This document shows positions 13,801 through 25,900 of a stretch of 64,000 bases of DNA, one piece after another. The stretch lies in contig NC_134031.1 of the NCBI RefSeq assembly GCF_964204645.1, positions 2,480,001 to 2,544,000 on the forward strand. Direction: 5' to 3'. This DNA is from Tubulanus polymorphus. Lineage: Eukaryota > Animalia > Nemertea. Position numbers and translations under genes: made by a program. Numbering within the stretch: position 1 is the first letter of the stretch; each line of letters opens with the position of its first letter. The notes below the pieces were generated by a model, which searched no databases, was not told where the DNA came from, and saw only the letters and a list, made by a program, of their open reading frames with translations.

Positions 13801-16800
13801 AAACCAGTGATGGAGAATCAAAGTTAAAAGAGGAGGAAAGCGTTTAATTAGAAAATACCGCTTCCCAAATAAGCTGATCATCGCTAGCACCCGATATAGG
13901 GGGAAAATAGGCTGTAATTTGAAATGAAGGCAGGCGCGGATCTAGGGGTCTTACGAACTTCTGTAAGACACTCAAAATATAGAGGACCCTTTTTAATTCA
14001 AAAGGTACTTTATGTGAAAATTTTGTCCAAAGGAAATTGTAAAGGCCCAATTTCATTGTTAATTCCAGAAAGGGTATTCCTCCTATTAATTTGGAACTGC
14101 CAAAATGTCGCTTTTATTCATTTTCCCTAGAATATTTTAGAAAGACCCTCAATCTTGCTCCTGGATCCGGCCTGCCGTGTATGGGAAAATGGCAATATAA
14201 AGATTACTTAGGATGATTTTGAAGGTCCAACTACGGCTATGCACACACGACCCTGTATGGTGAAACAAAATGATGAAAATTCACTTTGTTTAGAAAAGTG
14301 TTGTATTATTACATGCCTATAAAGTATAGATAGTCAGTTAGGAAGTCAGACCTGATTACCATAAGGGTATCTACCTTCGTAGTAATTTTCACCACAATTT
14401 GACACCAAAAAAGTAGTTTTATTATTGAAAATGTACTAAAAATTATTCTGATTTTAAGAGTATTTCGACAGAGTTGGCAGAAATAGAGTAGCGACTACTC
14501 TCAAATATGTAGTAAAATGATAGTCAGGTCTGTGTAGTTTAACATGGTTATGACATGCATTACATTAGAATATATAGATATATTTTCTAAACCGCGACTG
14601 AAGTGAAAACCAAATCGATTCCATCGATGTTTTTGATAAAATCCTGAGCACGCGAGTGCAGCTGAAGTGTTCAAAAACGTTCGAAGTTATCAGCCACGTT
14701 TTTTTAATTAGTAATCATTCATCTACACGCGATGAAATAGAGACCGAACCGAAGCGAAATGACACTCCTCTACACGAGAGACGTCGTTCTTCACCGGAAA
14801 ACTTGACAAATCTTTGAAGGATGAACAATTGATTGTAAACTGGTAGCAATTCGCCACCGTAGTTGACTTCCAATTGCTTTTTCAATATTTTGCGAACTCT
14901 TTGACTATTTAGTCTTTGCCTTTCAGGCGTACTGATGATGGCTAATAGTCTTTAGCCGAAACGTTGCTCAAAAATATAAACCTTTTCCTCGAGAACTTTA
15001 CACGTTTGGCTGAAATTATTGTGGGATTTATCTTGTTCACTAATTCTGTACATTCCATCTATTCCTTTTGTAATTATTTGTATCCTTTTAATTGATGACG
15101 AAATAAATATCATTATTATCATAAGATATGCTCGACACAGAGTAAAAATCATTTTCACTTATTTCCGAAAACAGTGCTACTGCACCTTCCTAGTTCAGGG
15201 TTATAAACAACAATCAATAAATGAAAGCGCTTGCCCGCTGAAACTGACAATCAATTCACGTTCAAATCAGTCATTGATTAGGATGGAAAGAACAAGTGCT
15301 CGAATGGAGGCCTAATTACGTTTCGAGCTAATATGAGAAACTGATTGCATTGATTATTAATGCGTGTTCTTCTTCATTATCGTTGCATGCGCAAATAATA
15401 GAAATCATTTCATGCTTTCATTCATATCGTTTTCGCACTAAATCGAACGCGGTCCCGGATGCGGATGATTCGAGACCTATGACCAAAAATTGTCTCAAAT
15501 ACTAACCAGACTGTTCTACGTTATTATCTTTGATTGTTTTTTTGATCTTAAAATAGGGATTGTCCCTGTTGTTTATTTGGTTTGTAAATTTCGTTAGACT
15601 TTTTGATTGAGTGTCCCTTACAGACCCGCCACACCTGCCGGGAGCAAAACAGGGGGTTTGATTTTGAAATCGGAAATCGAAGTACAGATATAGTTGTTTG
15701 CTCGGCGGTCTAATTTACAGAATTTTCTTTTTTAAATCGAAGTACATAATTGGAAATTCGGTTCCGGTTCATTTAAACAATCTTCCAAGCAGTCTGAAAC
15801 GGCAAGCGACTGACTTGATTGTTTTTTAGTAGGAAGGTGCGAGACAACCTGGTTATATAACGGCTTTTATAACATACCCTGTTATAAAATCGAAATTAAG
15901 TCGCGATCACACGAGCGTTCTTGACCCCGGTCGAATTTGGTCTCTGCCAGAGTAGGCCCGGGGGCCAACTGTTCACACGGGTTCCAAATGGGCTAGACAG
16001 AAAACTATGGCCCAGGCCCGTGCAAAATCATCCCATACGAATGCTTATTGGTTCTGGAAGTGACTCACCTCACTTGCCACAGCATCATTTTGATAGCATT
16101 TTTTTAGTAATGAGTCAGTGATACATGTGTGAACGCACTCTCTTATTAAGCATGGGCCAAATTTGATACGAGTCTAGCAAGGTATGGACCGGTTTGAACC
16201 GGGCCAAATCATCTCCATGAGATCGCAACTAGAGAAGTCTTGACTACAAAACCAGCCACACAAGATTATATTTTTTTCATAATGTCATGAGATGACTCAA
16301 CATGCTAAGACATCAATATCAATCAAACAATTCATGCCGTCATTTGTCTCAGTAATTAGGAGTGTACAGTTCATTAGATAGTTTAGTCAAAAGATCATCG
16401 GATTCAAGTATATTGTGTTTAGTTTTTTTATAGAACATGCTACCGTTGTTCCTACCCTCCAAACGCGGCTTGCGAATAACATTAGTACTCAATTTCACTA
16501 AAGCCGATTCCAGAACTGAAAAATAGCCATTTTCGTTACGAGCAGCAGCAGCAGCATTGGTATCGCAAAACTTATCACTTTACTTTTTCCATTTACTTAC
16601 AAAATTCTGAATAATCTTGTCTGTATCCTTGTCATTAAAAACATATAATCCTATTTTAACCCTTGATGTTCTGAACAAGCAAATTGGTCGGGTCTGGTAG
16701 GCCCTCATATTCAATAAGCAATTATTGGTACAACCCCAGGTCAGGGGCCATGACAATACACCGAAAGATAGCAGAAATCTTGGATTTCAAAAAAGCCATC

Positions 16801-18481
16801 TATTGTGCATTATTAGCATATCTATATACATTGTGGATCCATTTCTCTGAAAGTTATAAATTTATTCTTCAATTTCTCAAAAAGTTCCAGAAGTCGAAGA
16901 GTCGTCTAAAACCAGATAAGGTTGGATTCGCTTCAGATTAAAAATTCAACAGAATGAATTCTAGGTGATCTTACATACAATTTTGTGCAGTAACGAACTA
17001 TGAACTGTTCGTATTGAATAACATATGTTACAGCTTTAAAAGTGGGAACATAATTCCAGTTGGTGTGGTATACCTAGGATGAGTTGAAGCCATCAGATCA
17101 TACTTGATAGCCTGCTATACGTAATACATGTTGTGTGTGTTTATCTAATAATTAATCATTCAAATTTGCATTAAATGAAGGAATGATCGGTTGTGAATAG
17201 TTTGCACTCAAATACATATCCAACATAAATAAATACCGCGCCATATGGATATATGCTATTTACTGTTAATTACATGAATAGTGTCAAATAAAATAGAAAT
17301 TCCTACGATTAAACAGTCAACTTTCCCGTGATAATCAGGTTATTCAAACAAAGTACCACAGATTTGGAAAATTTGAGTGGAAAATATAAATAGATTTGGA
17401 GTTAAGTTAGCAATGTTTAGACTCTAGACAAAAAAATCTAGTCGAAACGTCACAATCACAAATTAACGCTAATGGAGGATCGACTCGATTTCTTTTACTT
17501 GTTAATTGTGACTTTTTTCTTCAATTTCTAATAGCCTTATTGATTGGTAACAAGGATTCTACTCTATTTTCCTATTTCTACGCGTGGTGTCTTCTGGTAC
17601 AACCCTAGTTTTTTGGTGCAGAATAGAAAAAGAAAGAACCCTGTTCATCTAAAAGCTATGTTATCAGATTTCTTACTCACCTGGGTCTTCATCGTACGTC
17701 AAGTTACTGACGTGACTATTCACTGAATTATTCGACAAAACACTCGACAACGAATCTTTACGAGAATGACTCGAAGCATTCGACTGAACGCTTAAAGATT
17801 TCAACGATTTCTCATCAGCTTCCAGTAACCTGCAATAGAAATATACCGATATTCATCTCGTTAGTTAATAACAACAGGCTTTGAAAAGCCTTCTTTCGGA
17901 TTGCAAGAATGATCACCGGACCACAGGTTGACTTTCAGTGACGAAAGATCAACACTATTACACAATCAAAAATTCCACTAGAATCCACTGGAATTCCACT
18001 AGTAAGGAAGATCAACAAGGTGCCACTAGTAGAAAGTCAGTCCTTCGCATTCAATTCCAAGTACATTTAGTATTTAAAATGTCGTCTCAAATCAAAAGAA
18101 TCATCTGAACTGATTACCAAGTACCGGTAGTTAGGCTCTGGAACCAAAATGTGCTTAAGGTCTAGTTCTTCGAGTTGCAGTCAAGATTAGATTTAAAACC
18201 AGCCTAAGTACATCTTGTTTCTATGGGATTCCTATGAAATACACCTAACAACTTAAGACAAGCATTAAGATATAATTAAGAACTTTGGATTCAAATAGCG
18301 ATTATACAACTGGGCCTTCAAGACTCAAAACAGCTAAGGTGGATAAGGCCTAAGTGGATATTGAAATGCTTTACCTATTCGCTGCCTCGAGTTTAGCCAA
18401 CAGTTGTATCTCTGTATCTGATATTTGTTCTTTACCACTAGTGGCTGGTAATCTTAAAGGTGACTGCTCGCATGAACTCAT
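4387..18481 (-). CDS. EVI5: EVI5/EVI5L-type TBC-domain Rab GTPase-activating protein with C-terminal coiled coil, ~821 aa, 16 coding exons
   Basis: Exons in transcript order: 18481-18375, 17829-17681, 12147-12062, 11400-11176, 10512-10438, 10360-10235, 9946-9803, 9722-9633, 9549-9391, 8926-8702, 8257-8108, 6915-6769, 6349-6053, 5423-5328, 5249-5169, 4695-4387. Total 2466 nt, frame-consistent. Motifs LLAKLEAANRLLEAD, IRRDIARTYP (IxxDxxR arginine finger), EVGYCQG (YxQ glutamine finger), MYASSWFLTLF, LQEELIAGKLREAEA. The start codon is tentative because the exon extends to 18513. Confidence 0.93.
5619..6025. repeat. Minisatellite, 62-bp period (two ~31-bp subunits), about 6.5 copies, in an EVI5 intron
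   Basis: TGTTACTCAACAGG recurs at 5620, 5682, 5744, 5806 and onward. Confidence 0.95.
7119..7670. mobile_element. Fold-back element with ~250-bp inverted arms and a ~48-bp spacer, TA-flanked, nested in an older CCTTTCAGTGC...GCACTGAAAGG element (about 6997-7806)
   Basis: 7119-7370 is a near-perfect reverse complement of 7419-7670. Termini CTAATGTCTATTT...AAATAGACATTAG. Confidence 0.9.
7862..8062 (-). mobile_element. SINE fragment, same family as 10612-10812
   Basis: Reverse complement shares CCCAGGGAGAGATGA.TGATAC with the 10612-10812 copy. Confidence 0.5.
10612..10812 (+). mobile_element. SINE 3' part with L2-like tail ending in an (ATT)n microsatellite
   Basis: GTAAAGCGCT...GCGCTATATAAG followed by (ATT)n at about 10768-10811, typical of L2-partnered SINE tails. 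Confidence 0.6.
11451..11790. repeat. Dispersed repeat or MITE, with a diverged inverted copy at about 15897-16230 and a fragment at about 30550-30610
   Basis: TTAAGCCGTGATC...GATCGCAGCTTTAA ends. CTTGCCA.AGCATCATTTTGATAGCATTTT is shared by 16073 and 30555. Confidence 0.5.
11896..12021. mobile_element. PIF/Harbinger-like MITE
   Basis: GGGCCAGTTCCATA...TATGGAACTGGGCC, flanked by CAG on both sides. Inverted relative of 13168-13305. Confidence 0.75.
12345..12560. repeat. Dispersed repeat with a second direct copy at about 15625-15810
   Basis: Shared GGGGGTTTGATTTT.AAATC...AATTTACA...AAATCGAA.TACATAAT...TAAACAATC blocks. Confidence 0.6.
13168..13305. mobile_element. PIF/Harbinger-like MITE within a cluster of related CCCAGTTCCAC elements (13077-13385)
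   Basis: TIRs GGGCCGGTTGC...GCAACTGGCCC. CAG TSD at 13165-13167 and 13306-13308. Confidence 0.75.
14925..14970 (+). ncRNA. Minimal hammerhead-ribozyme-like core (Penelope-type)
   Basis: CTGATGA (14932) - T - GGCTAA/tagtct/TTAGCC stem II - GAAAC-GTT. Stem I is poorly paired. Confidence 0.45.
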
Positions 18482-19389
18482 TTTCGTCAATGGTACCGAT
18501 TCATCGGATGAGTCTGAAATAAAAAGTAATCAACACATTAACATTAAAAATTTAGACAACACCTTCGCGGCGCAGATGTCACATTTCTAGGAAGCTTTCC
18601 TAGAACACAGATGTCATTTCCAGTAATTTTTCCTGGAAAATGCAATGACATCTGTGGTGTATTATTGTCAACGTGCGTAGAGTGGACCCCACCCTCAGCA
18701 GTCTAGTCATTTGAGCCCAAATGCCTCACGGCTTTGTTCATGAAAATAGATACATCAAGGGGCACCGAAATGAAATCTTGCTTAAATTCTCATTTTCGAC
18801 CTTACCCGATGCGTACTTTAAATGATAGCCCATATCATTCAGCGTAAAAAAATTCCTACACCATAGAACTCACTAATTCTATAATATATAGTCATATCTA
18901 GTTCTAGTACTGGTTGATGAATGAATGGATTTAATTGTAGGAGTTATCAGTCTAATTACATTTGTGACTGACAGCAGGCCAAGAAGAAGGCTGTTTCTGT
19001 TTGTGTTTTTACGTTGATTCAATCATTGCGGCAGGTTCTCTACTATGTCTAATAGTTTGAGATGCTGTCACTTCTGACATCAAACATGGAAACTTGTAAT
19101 TGGCAGTGTCGAGTTAAGATTCATCCAGATTGTCAAAAGGTTTTGTAATGTCAGTCAATGAACTGATGAAGAGGAACTTCTTCAAATTCAATCAGAAAAT
19201 ATGAAATATATAGCATCTTCTAATTACCTGCTGATTTTAGCTATTAGTTTGTAAAACTCCCCGGATAGCCGATATCTTATAGAAAACAAGCAATCAACAT
19301 TTCAACACGTTCCGAGCCTCAATTACAGCGATTTTTCAACACGATTAATTCCTCCAGTTGACACAACCCAAAACATTAGTCACACATAG

Positions 19390-19926
19390 GTACCGTCAGC
19401 TACCGCCACCTAAGGAGTCGATTGATCACTACCACACTTCGGAAATTTTTGTTAGGGCCTGATTCTAAGAGGCCTGAAACCACCGAGGAAACTATTATTC
19501 ATCGGTAGAAATTATGCTAAAAACTAATATTAAATCTGAAAATCCTGATAAGAATTATGTCGTGCAGGATTCGAAACTGCTGAACCATTCTCATGCATTT
19601 TGTGATTCGAACTCAGTTTCAAATTTGGAGTATCTTTTTGAGTATTTTTTTTTCGAAAAGCAAAAGTTATATATTTATATACACTGAGGTTAGAGCATGC
19701 AAAAAGATTACAACTAAAACCCAGTTGCTTCGTGTGCGTAAAATGCGGGATTCGACCTCGGCAGGCGCTTGGTGCCGCCGGACAAAGCCGAAGCAACCCG
19801 AACAAACTCGAACAAAGCCGGAAATTACCGACGGCGAACGCGTTAGTTGAACGCGAAACACGCCATTTGCATTTTCATTCTCCTTGCACCACGTTGTTTT
19901 TTGAAGAAAATTAACCCGATAGAAAC
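19390..19926. promoter_or_regulatory. Probable bidirectional promoter shared by EVI5 (-) and FUBP (+)
   Basis: Divergent gene arrangement. CpG-richer segment with ETS-like GCCGGAAAT (about 19818) and YY1-like CGCCATTT (19861). Transcription starts cannot be determined from sequence. Confidence 0.45.
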
Positions 19927-22900
19927 ATGGCTTCAGCAAGACCAGACCAGACAGCTCCTATAGATAATGCAGCATTCGCTGATGCAGTAGCTCGAGCTAA
20001 ACAGGTATCCGTAATTAAACAAATAAATCTGTCGTAGTTAGTAAATTATTTGGTAGAAGTTTCTTCAATTTTTCTTCGTTGTTTGTTTGTGGTCGGACCT
20101 CGTGCGTTGTTGGGGAAACCAACTGGAAGCTTGATTGATTCTACCTCCTCCCATTCTATTCTTGCTTCGTCCAGCAATATCAGAATGACATCATTTACAA
20201 TAATTTCTTGTTTTTGCGTCAGTAACTTTTGTTGCAGTTAGTGATGACGCCGACGGAGGTTACTAAACTTCTGGCCATGTTGTTGGACGAACTCGGGGGG
20301 ACTAACATTGAGCAGTTGGAAAGAACTTTTAGGATGGGTGCCAGAATAGTTCGGTCTACATTAATGGCATCATTGGGCTCGTCATTTTTACTGGGTTTTT
20401 ATCAAGTTTACTGAATTATTTGATTTTGTGTCAGGATATTAAACCATCCATGTATTCTCTTTACACTCATTTCGAGTTTCTTTTTTCAAATCTCTAAAGA
20501 TTACTTGATCAAAGTTGAAAGCATCTTTTTCTACCCTACATTCATTTCTATTTCAGATCGCTGCCAAAATACAGCAGAATCAACCGTCTCAGAGCCCTGA
20601 TGCCGGGGGTGGTGGAGTTAAACGCCCGATGGAACAGGATATGGGTACGTATCACCGCGATCCGTAGACGGCTGGAGAGATCGATAGATGAAACAGTTTT
20701 TGTCTATTACGAGTTTGACCCGCTGTGTTTTGATTAGGCTTGCAACCGTATTACACACATATTTAGAATGAATTGTGTTTCTATTCGTGATCGAACTATT
20801 TATTCATTTGCATCGATACTAAGAATTCTCTATTTAAACAATTAAACTGCTACTAAAACGAAAAGTAAGTTAGAAATAAGCTGATAGCATTCCCTGTTTT
20901 TAAAAGTTTGAATCTGAGGACGTCAACGAAAACAACTTTTACTTTTGTTACAGTTTCTGGCCATAACGGTCATAAGAGACATGCTAGTGAAGCTTGTAAG
21001 TAGATCAATAGCAGCTCATCCCTGAAATATTGCGTAATCATGAGCTTTAAGGGAGGACAGTTCACACAATCAACTTAACTTATTGTCACTAAGTCTGCAA
21101 TATGACACGAATGAGAGATCTAATAATATATGTCATTTACATCCTAATTGTTAACCCTTTCCTATTCCAATACATTCGTTTATTACCAGCACCAACCTTA
21201 AGAGAATAAGATTCATGTTGCGCTTGTCTAGTATTGGCCGGGATCGATTAATTTGGCCTAAGTCAAAATTGGGCCAATGTTTTTAGCCAGACCAGATTTG
21301 GGACTAGTGTTAGCTATTATTTGGTTCCAGACAAAAAAATTCTGGGGCAGTTAGAAAAATGAGAGGCAGCCGTCTTAAAAAGAAACGAAAGTTCTAGTGG
21401 ATTTTCGTTTTAACCCCACAAATCATTTTTAAGGACGAACCTATGTAGCTGGTACCGGAAAGGGTTACAATATGGTTTAATAATGAGTTTACTTAAAGAT
21501 TAGCGGACAATATTTTCGGGAGAGCTAAGAAAGAAAACGTATTTTGCAAACGTGAAATTCATACCTCATCGAAAACACTATAAATTATTAATCCTCATCT
21601 AACATTATACAGTCGTCTCATATGCATAAATTACATATATATCATATTTAATTAGATATACTATTAGAGAGTGGTTGACGTATATTTATATCCTAAAACA
21701 AACTTTGAAGCTTGTTTCATCACTATTCCCACTCTAAAAAAAATCTGCTTTTTTCGAATAACTTTCGTCGTCCTCGAGTAAAAAGAATATAACTTGATTT
21801 GGTGAAAATAACTGTTTGTCGAAGTAACATCTTAAATTCATAGCCCTGAGATCTCTGACCTCGTCACTCTCTGTATCTTTCAATCATTAAATATTTTCGT
21901 TTTTTTTTTTCCACAAAAAGCACTTCAATTCATACGATTTGAATTTAAGGAAGAAGAACTTGACTGAAATGTTTTCTGTAATTTTTGCCCTGACAACAGG
22001 TACATACAGTGGACTCATCCTTACGTGGTCTGGTGCCGTTCAACAATGATATTGCTGATTTCCTTGAAAAAACAGATTCTTCTCTGGGATAATAAATTCT
22101 TGACTTCCGATTATGATAATCAGAAGTCAAGACGTTGTTATCCCAGGGAAGAATCTGTAATCATTGTAGTCTCGACACCAATAAGGAATAAGGCTGAGTC
22201 TACGCCACACAAATTTTTAATCAACTATAATTTTGTAGTGCCAGTTACTAACTTTTTACCATTAGCAGTGAATGAATGGCTAAATTATAACAACCTAATA
22301 ATATAGAGCTGTAAAAAGCTTGGCTTCTTCATTTCATGTAAAAATGTCTCTTTTTGCGAGTGTCCTCTCTACGTTATAACAATATCTGTGTTCTCAGTGT
22401 ATGATATTTAAATAAAGTGTTGATAACTGTCGAGGTTCCGATTCAGGATTGTGGGTATGGGTTTCGATTGATCGAATATTTTTTTGTAGTTTTAATTTTG
22501 ATCAGTCATCCACGATTATTTGAGATTATTTGGACGTTGCGCGACTACGAGATGCCATACGCCATCTATTAGTTGAATGATGGCATTGATATAGTCGCAA
22601 ATAAACGTGGCATGTGGAACTGAATTATAACTAGATAACGTGGACACTGCACCCTATTGGCAGCATAGAAGGTTCGATCTCGTTCGATACCATATTGTTC
22701 ATATTTGCTGTTTTTCTATTTCAGCCATCAACGCGCAGCTTCGAGCTATGGCAGAACAGCAACAACAGCAGAGGTTAGTATTTCGTTCATTAGATCTCTT
22801 TTTATTAACGCTTTCTGGGTTCATAGCAGCCTGTCGAGTCGACCGTCTTTAATTCATCCGATCGATCAGTAAACTAAGGGTCTTTAATTGGACAGGTTCC

Positions 22901-25900
22901 ACGTCTTAGATGAAATTTTTTCCTTAAATCTGAAGATATTTGGTAAGCTGTTTTTGACTCAGTAGCTAGGTGGGCTGCTATGAACTATATCTAGGTGTAT
23001 TCGGGTAGGATGAAGGGTGGAACGGTGTTGAGTTATTCGATGATATTAAAACAAACCTTACATGATTATGTACTTGTAGCTTCAATATTGGCCACTTTGA
23101 TCAAAGGTAAGAAACTGTTTCGTTGTCGTATGGATTTTGGAAACCCTTAACCACAACTCACTGGCCGGAAAATTTCAGTCGGAAAATTTGTTGATTTGTC
23201 CATGAAAAGTTGTCTGTATCCTGAGTCCTAGGAATGTCTATTTGTAACGTATTGTGCGGAAAGTTTTGAAAGAAAAATCGACGCAATCTGCGTTTATGAT
23301 TTAAGTGGATGGTTTGTCCCAGGGTCCAGTTCCGCTGTGAGTTCCAACCCAATGAAAATGCTCTGGCGGTATTTTTAACTCGCCCTCAACTTTGGAACTA
23401 GTCGTCTACTCAGTGAGATATTTAAACAAGAGTCACAAATGAACTGTGAATATATGTTTGTACAGTTAATGGATGAAACCCGCTATCAAAGAAAAATAGA
23501 GTGCATTTTCACTTTTCAACTCAAATGCTATGAGCCATTTTCAAAGACATTTGAGTTGAAACGTCCAACTCTCTCTCTTACAGTTTCTCCTGAGATTGTG
23601 GGTTTTATGACAATCGCTTGTCAGTGAAAACTGGAATGTGTTCACAGTTTAATTACATAGACAAATTGTCTTCGTTCAAATGATATTTTCGCTCATTCCT
23701 CGCAAATTACTAACAACTATATTTACGAAAACTGATGGTAACAAACTTATTTATCCAAGCTCGAGGGTTTTATTTCAGCATAATTTGACTTAATGTACTT
23801 TAGTTCGCTAGCCACCCTCTAGTATCTGTGTGACTCACTATTATAAGGTCATATTAAGAGTTAAACGATTCGGACTTATTGGTAGTCTGTTGAATCGAAA
23901 ATGTGCAATGATCGAACATCGAGTCAACAGGACTTGAGCATGTTTTAAGTTTTGAGTTAATGGTGCTGAATACAATCTTTTGAGACTGATAGAATTAAAA
24001 CCTTACTGGCTTAATGGGTTTAGAATTATCTAGTTCAGGGCCCAGTTTCACAAAAAGGTTTAACTCTTAAATCGATTTAATTTCTCAATTAATTCAGTTT
24101 ATCTTAAATCAATTTAGGCCTTAATCCTTTTTGTGAAACTGGGCCCAGAGTGGTAGAATTTTGGTCTTTGTTCTTTTGTATGAACTGATAAACCTGTCCT
24201 CAATCAGGCTCAATACTTCTTGATTCCTTGAAAATCTTCTCAAAATTGAAGAGCGTCTCCAATTTCTTATGAATATAATAAATTTCTTGGAAGGATTATT
24301 TGTATGCGGCGCGCGGGGCGTTCATTGAACCGTGAAATGTATATTGTTATTGTAGAAGTCAAGCGAATGAACAGGCCGTTCAAGCGGCTCAAGCCGTCGC
24401 GCAACAGATCAATCAGAAGATCGGAGTATCGAGCGCGTCGATGCCCGAACAGTCTTTCGGACAGCGACCGGGACTCGGCGGCATGTCCGCTCCCGTCGGT
24501 GGAGGCGGTGGTGGTATGATGTCCGATGAACACGCGATTCCAGATCGCATGGTAGGATTGGGTAAGCATTGCCTCATTCACGATATTCGCACTTCATCAT
24601 CGACAATCATACAGTATCTCTTAATTCTTAAAGTGCTCGTTCAAAACAGAAAATGCGCTTAAAGGTGCTCGAATCCCCTTTAATTTAAACTAAATACCTG
24701 AAACTCCTTTGAAACTCATTCACTTTAGAGAAATAGGTGCATCAATTGTACCTCATACTGACGATACGTTGTTTGTTATGAGTTTTTTTTACGATGCTAT
24801 ATTAAAAGCCGATGCTAAGTTATAACTGCCATACTGTTCCCTGAATACATATTGGTTTTAAGGCTTAGTAACATTAATATATTGACTGTTGTTACCCTTC
24901 ATTCAATAAATTCCCTACAATCAGCTCCTCGGATTTGTCTTTTTGGATGGATTTTAAGCTACTAATTTGTAGAATTAAAGCCACATTAGCACTGTTCAGT
25001 GTTTGTTCTATCGTGCTTATCATTGAAATTGTTCCATTTCCCTATTTCAGTGATTGGTAAAGGTGGTGAAACGATCAGTACGTTGCAAGCGAAATCCGGA
25101 TGTAAGATCCAGATCGCAGCCGATAGTGGCGGTGAACCTAACAGACTGTCGACCCTTACTGGTACCCCGCAAGCGATTGCGTAAGTTTAGTTGAATCACT
25201 ATAGCAGGGTTGAACTTTTCGCATCATTTGTACCTCATACTTACGATACGCTGTTTGTTATGAGTTTTTTTATGATGCTATATTAAAAGCCGATGCTAAG
25301 TTATAACTGCCATACTGTTACTTGAATACAAATTGGTTTTAAGGCTTAGCTACAATTGCTATGATTAAATCAGTCAGCGTTAGTAGTAATTCAATGAGTA
25401 TTCATTTCTAATGTATCGATTTGACCTTTGATTCCTTTGTGAATAAGTGTATTTGGCAATACGAAAGCGCTGAAAATTGATTTAAGAGAGAGGCCGAGTG
25501 GTTTAAGCTGCCGGTCACTGGTCTTGTCAATCCAGGGTTTATGGGTTCAAACCCTGGTGGCTACAGAGTTTCTTGGTTGAAGGTTCTTCTCTGGTCTCTC
25601 CTCATTGGGAAAAAGAAACATCGAACCCGCTTATAATGCCCTGCGTGGTGCTTAGCGCGTTGAGGGTGTTAAAAAAAATAAAAAAAAATAAAAAAAATGG
25701 ATTTGAATCAACAGCGTGGTGAATTTATTTTCAGATGCGCCAAACGGTTGATACAAGAAATAATTGACGGTGCGTGTAACACGATGATGGGCGGCGGCGG
25801 CGGCGGTGGGAATCAAGGTATGCAGGACCACTGCCTCGAGATGAAGGTTCCCGGAAACAAAGTCGGACTTGTTATCGGTAAAGGAGGAGAGACCATCAAA

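Noticed and set aside
22072-22158. Pre-miRNA-like hairpin in a FUBP intron
   Set aside because: It is the centre of a larger inverted-repeat MITE, and I recognise no known mature miRNA; small-RNA data would be needed.
25488-25565. tRNA-like A/B-box sequences (also about 6490-6515, 37350-37428, 44395-44440, 63550-63605)
   Set aside because: They contain GGTTCRA boxes but no complete cloverleaf or acceptor stem; more likely tRNA-derived SINE heads.
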